Below, one piece after another: positions 19,279-28,133 of a stretch of 64,000 nt of DNA. Origin of the DNA: Bdellovibrionales bacterium (GTDB taxonomy: Bacteria > Bdellovibrionota > Bdellovibrionia > Bdellovibrionales > UBA1609); the NCBI GenBank assembly GCA_965203095.1, contig OZ241877.1, positions 416,001 to 480,000 of the forward strand. The letters are read 5' to 3'. The notes under the pieces were generated by a model. It made no database searches. It saw only the letters and a list, made by a program, of their open reading frames with translations, and was not told where the DNA came from. Both the position numbers and the translations under genes were made by a program. Each line of letters opens with the position of its first letter. Within the stretch, counting starts at the first letter, position 1.

Positions 19279-20406
19279 TTATAATGTGTTTTTGCGTAAT
19301 AATATGTTTTGTTCTAATGTTTGTCTCTCTTGGCTTTTCTTAAAAGCTCTATGACATACACTGGCAATGGGAACCACCGTCATAGATAATAGAGCTTGTG
19401 CCACCAGCTCTAAACCTACAGAGGCTTGAGACACATGGGCTGGTGGAAAAAAGTTTTCTGTAACAGTGAGCGGTTGGCCTACACTCCAACCAATTACATG
19501 TGCAAATAATAAAGGAAAGAGAGGATACCACCAACCTTTTGGAATGGGAGTACGCTTTTTATAGCCTTTTCCTATATGGTTTTCAAGTGCTATGTAGGCC
19601 GACTGATTCCCCTCTGAGGCGGCCAGTTCAGTCAATTTGTCACCGGTGAGAAAAAACCTCCTAACATCTTTATTTTCCCTCAAACCCATAAAAGGATTTT
19701 TGTATAATAGTGGCTCGTTGCTTAGGGAAAACAGGTCTTTAATATATCCTCCCGCAGTCCTTCCATCTTTGGATTCAGCGTAAGAAACACGAATAATATC
19801 AGAAACAGGGCCTTCCAATATGAGCTTATGAAGGAGTTGCCTTACCTTTTCCTTGTTTTTTGATAAAATGGCCTGGCCAATGGCTGTCTCTTCTAAAGGA
19901 GGGATGAGTATTGTCTCGTTCCCCAATGCGATGAGTCTGTGATTTTTAAGAGGATGTTGTTCAGTTTTTGAATCCAAACCGAAACCAAACCTTTGCCCAA
20001 GAGTGAGTTGAAATAGAGGCTCGCCAGACATTAAAAACAGTAAAGTCCTCATTTCTGAAGAAAATTCTTCTCGGTGTTTTTTGGCTTTAATCATGAGATG
20101 AATAATGCTGTTGCCTTTTTCATCCCAATAAGAGATGGCCTCAGCAAACTCATCTAAAGGGGCTGATAACAGGCGACTCATCTCATAGTAATAAGCCTCT
20201 ATGTCTGACTTCTGGACTGTTTTATAAAGGGGAGAAGGGCTTGTTGCTCGAGGAATTTCTAACAATTGCCTCATTTTATTCTCATAAGAGCCCTGATTGG
20301 GGTCCAACATTCTTGACAACTGTTCAAAGGCTTTATAGCCCGTTCCATGGGAGTGAACATGGTATTGTAGGAAAAAAATAAGTAAGGACAACTTCAAAAG
20401 TTTCAT
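19279..20406 (-). CDS. Exported hypothetical protein with degenerate ankyrin-like segments
   Basis: Signal peptide MKLLKLSLLIFF; DEKGNSIIHLM, ETAIGQAI, KDGRTA and LTELAASEGN segments; C-terminal hydrophobic pair. Confidence 0.55.
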   Translation of the reverse strand: MKLLKLSLLIFFLQYHVHSHGTGYKAFEQLSRMLDPNQGSYENKMRQLLEIPRATSPSPLYKTVQKSDIEAYYYEMSRLLSAPLDEFAEAISYWDEKGNSIIHLMIKAKKHREEFSSEMRTLLFLMSGEPLFQLTLGQRFGFGLDSKTEQHPLKNHRLIALGNETILIPPLEETAIGQAILSKNKEKVRQLLHKLILEGPVSDIIRVSYAESKDGRTAGGYIKDLFSLSNEPLLYKNPFMGLRENKDVRRFFLTGDKLTELAASEGNQSAYIALENHIGKGYKKRTPIPKGWWYPLFPLLFAHVIGWSVGQPLTVTENFFPPAHVSQASVGLELVAQALLSMTVVPIASVCHRAFKKSQERQTLEQNILLRKNTL

Positions 20407-20651
20407 AGTGGGCTGTTTTATAGATAATTTACTTGATATTGTCAAATATTTTTTTTGGACAGGAATTTTTTACACTCATACTGGAATTGTTGAGCAAAAT
20501 TTGTGGGAAAGATTGACTTAAATAGTCTAACACAGTATTAAGATTCTGAGCTTTATACCAATTTTGTTTGAAAATTCCTGTTTTCTCTACTTTGTTTTGA
20601 CTGGAAATTTCAACTGTGATCAGTATAAGAAAAAATTGTTAGCTGGATATT

Positions 20652-21464
20652 ATGGCAAAAAATCAGTTTGAAATCCCTAAAATGGGTTTTGGAACTTATG
20701 GCTTAAAAGGGGAGGAGACTTTTCAAGCCGTCTCTACCGCTTTAGAGGCTGGATTAAGGCATATTGACACGGCCCCCATTTATGGCAATGAGGCGGAAGT
20801 GGGGAGAGCCATAAAAAGATCCCCTATAGTTAGGGATGAGCTTTTTCTAACCACAAAAGTATGGAGGACCTCTTTAACTTATGAAAAAGTAAAACAGAGT
20901 CTTTATAAAAGCCTAAACCATCTAAAAACAGAATATGTGGATCTTCTACTCATCCATTGGCCCAATAGGGAAGTCTCCTTAGAGGAGAGCTTACAGGCTT
21001 TTAAAGATCTAAAAAAAGCAAATAAAATTCTTCATATTGGGGTCAGTAATTTCCCCCTCTCTCTTTTAAAAAAAGCCAAAGCCTTTTGTCCGGACTTATT
21101 AACTAATCAAGTGGAGTATCATCCCCTTTTGTCTCAAAAAACATTATTGGATTACATGGGGCCGGAAAACCTGTTTTTAACAGCCTATTGCCCCTTGATA
21201 CGAGGCCATGTTTTTCGCCTCCAGCAAATAGTCCTTATGGCTAAAAAATATAGAAAAACCCCGGCTCAGATCACTTTAAAATGGCTTATAGAGCAAAAAA
21301 ATGTTTCCGCCATTTTTAGATCTAAAAATAAAAAGCATATTGAGGAAAATTGCAATATTTTTGATTTTGATTTAGAAGAGAAGGATAGGGAACAGCTTTT
21401 CCGCTTGAGCCGGAACCAAAGGAGAATCCTCAACCCTCCCTTTGCCCCTGAATGGGATGACTGA
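20652..21464 (+). CDS. Aldo/keto reductase (DkgB-like)
   Basis: GFGTYG, HIDTAPIYGNE, TTKVW, DLLLIHWP, IGVSNF, NQVEYHP. Confidence 0.95.
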   Translation: MAKNQFEIPKMGFGTYGLKGEETFQAVSTALEAGLRHIDTAPIYGNEAEVGRAIKRSPIVRDELFLTTKVWRTSLTYEKVKQSLYKSLNHLKTEYVDLLLIHWPNREVSLEESLQAFKDLKKANKILHIGVSNFPLSLLKKAKAFCPDLLTNQVEYHPLLSQKTLLDYMGPENLFLTAYCPLIRGHVFRLQQIVLMAKKYRKTPAQITLKWLIEQKNVSAIFRSKNKKHIEENCNIFDFDLEEKDREQLFRLSRNQRRILNPPFAPEWDD

Positions 21465-21474
21465 TGGCTAAATA

Positions 21475-21627
21475 GTTGTCCGTGAAAAATCTTTGTTTTT
21501 TAACTTTTTTTGTCCAAAGGACCATTCCATTTCGGGACGGCAATACCTTGGACCCTCATGGAATGGCCTTTGGACAAAAGCAGGAAAAAGAGGACGAGGC
21601 TTTTTGTCCAGCTTTTTCACGGAGGAC
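21475..21627. mobile_element. ~153-bp MITE/REPIN-like element, copy 2
   Basis: Ends GTTGTCCGTGAAAAA / TTTTTCACGGAGGAC; TAAATA duplicated on both flanks; central long hairpin. Confidence 0.88.
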
Positions 21628-21681
21628 TAAATAGAATTTTAATGATAGACATGGAGTGATATTTTAGAGCATAATCCACTT

Positions 21682-22233
21682 GTGCAACTTTTGCAGAAAG
21701 ATAAAACACAAAAATCCAAAGGCTTTAGCCTTATAGAGGTTTTGGCCAGTCTGCTTATCTTAGCCGGACTGCTTTCCATTATATCCCAGCTGTTTTATGG
21801 GAATAACCGGCGGATAAGAAAAGCCCGGCAGTTGGAAAAAATAGCCAGTCTTTTAGAGCTTAAAATGATCCAATTAGAGGAGGAATTTTCCGGCCCGAAA
21901 ATTGTCCAGTTGCCAAATCAGGATAAAGGAGAGTTTAAAAATGAGGAAAACTATTTTTGGAGTTACCAAACTCAAGCTATACTTTTGCCTTCCCCCAGGA
22001 TTTTGTTATCTCTATCCCGTCTTCCAGAATCAGAACTTTATCTCAAAATGGCTCAAATATTGACAGATATTTTGTCTGATAGCCTTGTGGAGCTTGAGCT
22101 TACAGTTCATTATAGGGGGAAGGGGAGGGAAGTGAGCTATTCCCTCAGCTCATATTTTGTCAATTATGAAACCGCTCCGGATTTTATTCTTAAATCTATA
22201 AGCCAGTTTTTGCCGGAAAGGGGAGCTTTGTAA
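21682..22233 (+). CDS. gspI: Type II secretion minor pseudopilin (GspI-like)
   Basis: KG|FSLIEVLASL prepilin motif; first gene of the I-J-K-L-M-N run. Confidence 0.75.
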   Translation: MQLLQKDKTQKSKGFSLIEVLASLLILAGLLSIISQLFYGNNRRIRKARQLEKIASLLELKMIQLEEEFSGPKIVQLPNQDKGEFKNEENYFWSYQTQAILLPSPRILLSLSRLPESELYLKMAQILTDILSDSLVELELTVHYRGKGREVSYSLSSYFVNYETAPDFILKSISQFLPERGAL

Positions 22234-23102
22234 TGCATTGTCCAACTCACTGTTTTTTTAAAAAATCAGCCCGATCCATTTATGGGATGACTCTTTTAGA
22301 AATGCTTTTGGCTCTTGGCCTTTTTGCTTTTATGTCTGTTTTTATTTCCCAAACTTTGAGACAAAGCTATCGCCATGCTCGCAAAGTGGGGCAGGATATT
22401 CAGTTTAAAAACTCCCTTTCCCATGTTTTGTCTTTGATCCGAAAGGATCTCCTCAGCACGGCTTATTTGTTAGATATCAATGCCAATTTTAACATTCACT
22501 TTCCCATTGAGGAAATGGCTGAAGAAGAGGAGAAAGAAGAACCTGCTAAAAAGGAAACTGCGGGCAAAGTGGAGCAACGATTCCCTGTTTTTTTAAATCC
22601 GCTTTTTATTTTTGAAGGGAGTAGCTCTGAGATGAGTTTTGTTTCCCATAGTTATTCTCAAAAAGCTTTAGATCCCTCTTCTCCTCAATGGGTGCGGATC
22701 CGCTATTCTGTTCAAAATTGTGATCTTGTGGAAGAAGGCTTGCTTGGCAAATGTTTGATTCGCTCAGTCTATCATTATTGGCAATCTATTGAAGAAAGGG
22801 AACCGGAAGAACAGGTCGTTTTGTTTAGAGCTTGGGATTCTTTGGAATTTTCCTATTCTGGAAAAAAAGAGCTTTTAGAATCAGAATGGAAAAGTGAATG
22901 GGAGGAGGAAGAAAGCCCGTCCCGTTCAGAAATTTTGCCTGTTCTTATAAAAATGGAAATGACAAAAAAGGATCGAGACAATAGCCTTTTATTTCCCGTA
23001 TCCCAGGATCTGTTGAGGAATTGGAATCCCAAAAGCAAGGCTTACCTCGGATTCCCTAAGAGAAAACCCCCTCAGCCCAAAAAAACGGAGCCTTCAAAGT
23101 GA
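22233..23102 (+). CDS. gspJ: Type II secretion minor pseudopilin (GspJ-like)
   Basis: YG|MTLLEMLLAL motif; LIRKDL; W..EW..LPV C-terminus. Confidence 0.75.
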   Translation: MHCPTHCFFKKSARSIYGMTLLEMLLALGLFAFMSVFISQTLRQSYRHARKVGQDIQFKNSLSHVLSLIRKDLLSTAYLLDINANFNIHFPIEEMAEEEEKEEPAKKETAGKVEQRFPVFLNPLFIFEGSSSEMSFVSHSYSQKALDPSSPQWVRIRYSVQNCDLVEEGLLGKCLIRSVYHYWQSIEEREPEEQVVLFRAWDSLEFSYSGKKELLESEWKSEWEEEESPSRSEILPVLIKMEMTKKDRDNSLLFPVSQDLLRNWNPKSKAYLGFPKRKPPQPKKTEPSK

Positions 23103-24316
23103 AACAGTCCCCTCTAAAAAAACAGTCCGGAGCGGCCCTGCTCATTATTTTAGCTGTGGTCAGCTTGATCCTACCCTTAGTCCAAGGGCTGTGGTTGGAT
23201 TCTCAAATTGAGTATCGCTTTAAGCAAAATCGCATGAGTGAATTGCAGGCCCAATATCAAGCCAAATCCGGCCTTTCTCTCAGTTTACTAAGAGTTTATA
23301 TTTTTAAAGGAATGGAAAAGTCTCTCCAAGGCCAATTCCAATCCATAGCTCTCCCCATTTTAGACAGAGTGTGGGCCTTTCCCTTTATGTGGCCCTTGCC
23401 CAAAGCCAAAGATCTTTTGGAAAGTGAAAAACAGGAACTGGAAAGCTTAAGCCAGCAGTCTTTTTTAAAAGGTTCTTATAAGGTTTTTATCACTCCAGAA
23501 GATGGCCTTTTAGATGTAAATGACTTGGCCAGCCCTCTTCCCTCTTTAAAGGAATGGACTTATGGGATATTTATGTCCCTTTTTACAGAGCTTTTAGAGG
23601 AAAAGCTCCAAGGAAAATACAGTCCCGAAGATATGAAAAAAACGCTCAATAATATTTCCGATTGGGTAGATCATGATAATAACAGCCAAAATGGAGGTTT
23701 AGAAGAGTTTGTAGAAGAGGGAAAAAAGCCTCTCAACCGCTCTTTTGTTGATGTGGAAGAGATTAAAAAAGTCCCTGGAATGAGTTTGGAGCTGTTTTCT
23801 GCCTTAACACCTTATATCACAGCTCATGGGGCTAAAGGCTTGAATATCAATTATGCCCCAAAGGGGCTTTTGCAAGCTCTCTTTTCAGAAGAGCTGGTGG
23901 AAGCTATTTTGTCTCGAACTCAAATGCATTCCGAATATTATGAGCCTTTTGCCAATAGGGAAAGTTTTTGTGATTTTGTTAGTGAATGGGCTGGTTCTTC
24001 TTTTTGTGAGGGGGAGGCTCAAGATCTCCTAACTTTTCTCCGTTTTGAGCGACCAGTGGCTTTTCGCATAAGCTCCCAAGGGAAATACAAGAAAAAATCT
24101 GTGCTTTTATCAGCCCTTTTGTTGGATCTGTCCTCATTGGCCTTGATCTATCAGGAGAGCTTATCTCGTGAAAAACAAAAACAAGAGGAGTTAGAGGAAA
24201 AGCCTACTGGTGAGTCCTCAACTGAAAAGCCCTCTCAGCAAAAGTCTGAACCATTGAAATTTGATTATTCCCATTTTAAATCTTTAGTTATAATGTATCT
24301 AAAAGGCCCTTTTTGA
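23099..24316 (+). CDS. gspK: Type II secretion protein GspK
   Basis: SG|AALLIIL without Glu5; LDVNDL, ISDWVDHD, EIKKVPGM, LNINYAP. Confidence 0.9.
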   Translation: MKQSPLKKQSGAALLIILAVVSLILPLVQGLWLDSQIEYRFKQNRMSELQAQYQAKSGLSLSLLRVYIFKGMEKSLQGQFQSIALPILDRVWAFPFMWPLPKAKDLLESEKQELESLSQQSFLKGSYKVFITPEDGLLDVNDLASPLPSLKEWTYGIFMSLFTELLEEKLQGKYSPEDMKKTLNNISDWVDHDNNSQNGGLEEFVEEGKKPLNRSFVDVEEIKKVPGMSLELFSALTPYITAHGAKGLNINYAPKGLLQALFSEELVEAILSRTQMHSEYYEPFANRESFCDFVSEWAGSSFCEGEAQDLLTFLRFERPVAFRISSQGKYKKKSVLLSALLLDLSSLALIYQESLSREKQKQEELEEKPTGESSTEKPSQQKSEPLKFDYSHFKSLVIMYLKGPF

Positions 24317-24422
24317 TAGAGTGAGGATGGAAGTGAGCTAAATTTTTAAATGAAAAGGGAGTATTTAATGGGTATTGAGGGCCATAATGGCTTTTGTCAG
24401 TTTTTAAGAAGAGGATAATCTT

Positions 24423-26093
24423 ATGGTGAGTGTTGGTATTTGTATTGGGCAAGGTCGCCTTTGTATAGCTGAATTGGACTTAAAAGGGGGCCGGCCCCGC
24501 AAACTCTCTTTTGAAGAGCTGTTTCCTGAAAACTCAGACTCTCAAAAAGAGTTGTGGGCTTTACTCTCCCAGCAGTTGGCTAAAATTAAAAAACGACGAA
24601 TGGGGCAAAATCTTCGTTTTTGTTATGGCATTCCCCAAAGCTTCGTCACTAGTTTTTTGGTGGAATTTCCTTTTAAAGAGAAATTTAAAATTTTAAAAAC
24701 CTTGCCCTATGAAATTGAGGACAAATCCCCCTTCCGTTCAAACAAAGTTTTTTTTGATGCCAGAATATGCCAGATAAAGGACAAAAACAAAAGCTCCGCC
24801 TTATGCTTTGTGACTCCGGAAGAGCATGTCCAGTCCTTTATTGAAAAGAGTCAATCTTTGGAAAAGTCAGCTTATCTCCTCAGTTGTGAAGGTTCTGCTT
24901 TGGCTAACCTTTTGGAATTTTGGGGCCGGCCTTTGTCTCAACCTCAAAACACAGGCTCCCTTTACATTTATCTTGGGGTGCATAACAGCCAGTGGTTTTT
25001 TTATAAAAATGGGCACTTACAAAATGTTTCTGTTTTGGATTGGTCTGCAAAGCCTATCATAAAAGAGATGGAAAAACTGTATAAGCTTTCAGAAAAAAAG
25101 GCTTGGGAAGAGTTTTTTAAAAAGTCCTTTATTTTGACTTCTAACAAAAACTGGACTAAAGAGCAGGTGTTTTTTTCTAACTTAATTAAAAAGCATATCC
25201 AATTATTGATTCCCCAATTGGATTTGCTTAAGCTTTCTCTTGGGGCTGAGCAGGGGCTTTCCATTTCATCAGCTGTTCTTTTTGGCCCCGGTTCCGCTAT
25301 AAAAAATTTAACTGCTTTTTTAACTGCACAAGTGCCCGTTCGTTTTTCTCGTCTTCAAAATCTCCCGGACTTTCCGGATTTTAATTTAGAAAGCCATCCC
25401 TCCTCTTGTATAGCTTTAGGCTTGGCTTTAGAGGGTTTAAAAAGATCTCCCTATTCGGGACTTAACTTTTTGCGATCGGTTAAAAGGGAGAGCTTTTCCT
25501 TTTATCCCAAGAAATGGAAAAAACTGGCTTTAGTTTTTGGGCTTTGTTTTTTTGTTTGGACCCTTTACTCTTTTGTAAGGATGCGGGAAAGCTCTAAAAT
25601 TTTAGATAAAGTGAAAGTAGCTTTTGTAGCTTATGGGAAAAAGATCGCTCGTTTACCGGAAAGCCAAGTTCATGAAGAATCTGTTAAATCTTTTTTAAAA
25701 AAGAGAATGACTGAAACAGAAAGTGAAAGAGCTGTTCGACAGAGGCTTAAACAGCCCCAGCCCATGGATTATCTTCAGAAAATCACTCAAAAATTAGGTT
25801 CGGCAGAGCCATGGGGTTTGAGCATTCACTACCTCAAAATTGATGGTCCTTCTGCAGAGATTCGGGGGCAAGTGAATCGATCCTCTTTGGAAAAATTTAA
25901 GTCGCATATTCAAAATTTAGCCAAAGGCCCTGTTAAAGAAGGGGAAAAAGGAGGGCTAAACCTTCCTAAAAAAAACAAAATTCAACCACTGGTAGAGGGG
26001 GATCCGCTTCAACAGGCAGAGGCTTTAGGGGATGGCCATGCTCCACAAAAGGTCTTTTTTTCTTACTCTTTTCAATTTAAAAAAGAGCTTTAA
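24423..26093 (+). CDS. gspL: GspL/PilM-like actin-fold platform protein with TM and periplasmic domain
   Basis: SVGICIG N-terminus, EFPFK..LPYEIED, FGPGS, ALGLALEG, one TM; position after gspK. Confidence 0.7.
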   Translation: MVSVGICIGQGRLCIAELDLKGGRPRKLSFEELFPENSDSQKELWALLSQQLAKIKKRRMGQNLRFCYGIPQSFVTSFLVEFPFKEKFKILKTLPYEIEDKSPFRSNKVFFDARICQIKDKNKSSALCFVTPEEHVQSFIEKSQSLEKSAYLLSCEGSALANLLEFWGRPLSQPQNTGSLYIYLGVHNSQWFFYKNGHLQNVSVLDWSAKPIIKEMEKLYKLSEKKAWEEFFKKSFILTSNKNWTKEQVFFSNLIKKHIQLLIPQLDLLKLSLGAEQGLSISSAVLFGPGSAIKNLTAFLTAQVPVRFSRLQNLPDFPDFNLESHPSSCIALGLALEGLKRSPYSGLNFLRSVKRESFSFYPKKWKKLALVFGLCFFVWTLYSFVRMRESSKILDKVKVAFVAYGKKIARLPESQVHEESVKSFLKKRMTETESERAVRQRLKQPQPMDYLQKITQKLGSAEPWGLSIHYLKIDGPSAEIRGQVNRSSLEKFKSHIQNLAKGPVKEGEKGGLNLPKKNKIQPLVEGDPLQQAEALGDGHAPQKVFFSYSFQFKKEL

Positions 26094-26125
26094 AAAAGCC
26101 GTTTTTTTATGAGAGGAAATACGAA

Positions 26126-26848
26126 ATGAAGGAAAAAGCAAAAAATATAAAAAAACAGATTTTCGAACTTTGGAAAGGTTTTGAAAGTCGGCTTTTAGAA
26201 AGCGACAGCTTTAATATTTTAAGGGAAAAATATCAGTCTTTAGATGTCCTTCACCAAAAACTGTTACAACGTGTGTTAGCACTCTTTTTGCTTTTTGCCC
26301 TATTGGCTTGGCCACTTTATTGGTTTTTCTCTTCTGTTTTTTATTGGGGGGAATTTAAGAGCACACAAGATCTCAACTCACAGATGTTAAAAATGAGGAA
26401 AACTCCATCTATTTTTCGTTATTCCAAATCGAATCTCAAAAACAAAATAGAGAGAATTGTCAAAAAATACACTTCATCTGAATTTCAAATTAAAGATAAA
26501 AAATCTTTATTCTTAAAAAACAGCTCTATTTACCAAGTGGATTTTAATATTCGTTTAAATCATCTCAATATTAAACAAGTGGCTCGCTTAGGGGCAGAGT
26601 TAAACAGGCTCTCTCAATCCCGCTTGAGTGCTATCACTATGGAGGAAAACAAAAAATACCCTCAACATTATGATGTGGCTTATAGGCTTTCTGCTTTTAT
26701 TTCAGAAACTAAAAGAGGGACTTTTCGCCCAAAAACCCCCCGGACCATCCCCTTAAAGGGCAAAAGTTTAAAGGGGGAAAAATCAGCTCTTCCTAAAAGA
26801 AAAAAACGGAAGAAGAGAACAAAACCTAAAGGGCCACAGGTTGAGTAA
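26126..26848 (+). CDS. gspM: GspM-like protein
   Basis: Single TM followed by a periplasmic domain; position between L and N. Confidence 0.55.
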   Translation: MKEKAKNIKKQIFELWKGFESRLLESDSFNILREKYQSLDVLHQKLLQRVLALFLLFALLAWPLYWFFSSVFYWGEFKSTQDLNSQMLKMRKTPSIFRYSKSNLKNKIERIVKKYTSSEFQIKDKKSLFLKNSSIYQVDFNIRLNHLNIKQVARLGAELNRLSQSRLSAITMEENKKYPQHYDVAYRLSAFISETKRGTFRPKTPRTIPLKGKSLKGEKSALPKRKKRKKRTKPKGPQVE

Positions 26849-26873
26849 AGTAATAGAATAAAAGGACTAAAAT

Positions 26874-27830
26874 ATGTTTTATGTTTTAAAAAAACTCATT
26901 GCTTTTGTTTGGAGACAAAAAGCAAAACTAATTCTTGTTTTTGTGTTTGCAGTTTTGTTTTTTTTCATCCGTTTTCCTTGGAATGATCTGTTGGAAAAGA
27001 AGGCTAAAGATTTTCAAAAAAAAATCCCTTCTACCCTGCAAACAGATTTTGAAAATATCCACCTTAAACTTATTCCCCCCGGCTTAGAGTTTGAAGATTT
27101 ATTTATTCATTATAAGGGGAAAAGCCTGACATTTCCCTCTATAGGCATTTTTCCTGCTTTTAAAGAGTGGTTGACATTAAAACCGGCATGGCGGGTTAAG
27201 GCACATCATAAAAATTCTTCTCTTTCCTTTGTTGTTTGGAAAAAGAAAAAGCCTTTAAAAGAAGGGCCTCCTGATTCTTCAATAGATATTTATTTTATTA
27301 AAGGCAATGCTCCTTTTTGGGAGTTAGAGGTTTTAAACAACTTATTTAAGGTGAAAATGTCAGGATTGGCCAGAGCTTTTTTTGATTATAAAGGTTCGCT
27401 TAAAAAGTTTGAGGAGGTTATAGCTTTTTTGAATTTGAAAGGGACAAATGTTCAGCTGTCGGGAACAGAGTTTAAAACTGCATTAGGCCCTTTAAATTTT
27501 CCTCCTATGAAATGGAAGGAAATAGAAATAGCCTCCCATTTAAAAGAGGGGGAATTGGTTTTTAAAACTTTTCGTTTAGGAGCTGTGGGAGATGATTTCA
27601 TTGTTCGGCTGAAGGGGAGCGGGGCTTTGTTATTCTCTTATGGAAAAGTTCGCTTAAACTCTTATGACATTCAACTGCAAATGGATGTGGATAAGGCCCT
27701 TTCAATAGGCATATTGGATTTGATGTTTGCCAATTTTAAAGAGGACAAAGGCTCTTTTTATAGATACAGCCTCCGTTTGAGGGGGCAAGGGCATCGGGTC
27801 CCTAATATGGAAAAACTACCAGAATTTTAA
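26874..27830 (+). CDS. gspN: Type II secretion protein GspN (deltaproteobacterial type)
   Basis: TM ending IRFPWNDL, beta-rich body, C-terminal LRGQGHRVP. Confidence 0.7.
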   Translation: MFYVLKKLIAFVWRQKAKLILVFVFAVLFFFIRFPWNDLLEKKAKDFQKKIPSTLQTDFENIHLKLIPPGLEFEDLFIHYKGKSLTFPSIGIFPAFKEWLTLKPAWRVKAHHKNSSLSFVVWKKKKPLKEGPPDSSIDIYFIKGNAPFWELEVLNNLFKVKMSGLARAFFDYKGSLKKFEEVIAFLNLKGTNVQLSGTEFKTALGPLNFPPMKWKEIEIASHLKEGELVFKTFRLGAVGDDFIVRLKGSGALLFSYGKVRLNSYDIQLQMDVDKALSIGILDLMFANFKEDKGSFYRYSLRLRGQGHRVPNMEKLPEF

Positions 27831-27873
27831 TTTTGAGGTTTTTGGGCAAGTTTTTTCACAAGCAACTATTATA

Positions 27874-28025
27874 GTCCCCCGTGAAAAAGCTGGACAAAAA
27901 ACCTCGTCCTCTTTTTCCTGCTTTTGTCCAAAGGCCATTCGGTGATGGTCCAAGGTATTGCCGTCCCGAAATGGAATGGTCCTTTGGACAAAAAAGTTAA
28001 AAAACAAAGCTTTTTCACGAGTCAT
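27874..28025. mobile_element. ~152-bp MITE/REPIN-like element, copy 3
   Basis: Near-identical to 17513-17665; ends GTCCCCCGTGAAAAA / TTTTTCACGAGTCAT. Confidence 0.85.
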
Positions 28026-28133
28026 TGATTATAGTATTTAAGAAAAATTAAAACTTAAGCCTTGTTTTGTGATTTTCTGTTTAAATATGGATCTTATATG
28101 CCGATAATATGTATACTGATGAGTTATTTTAAT

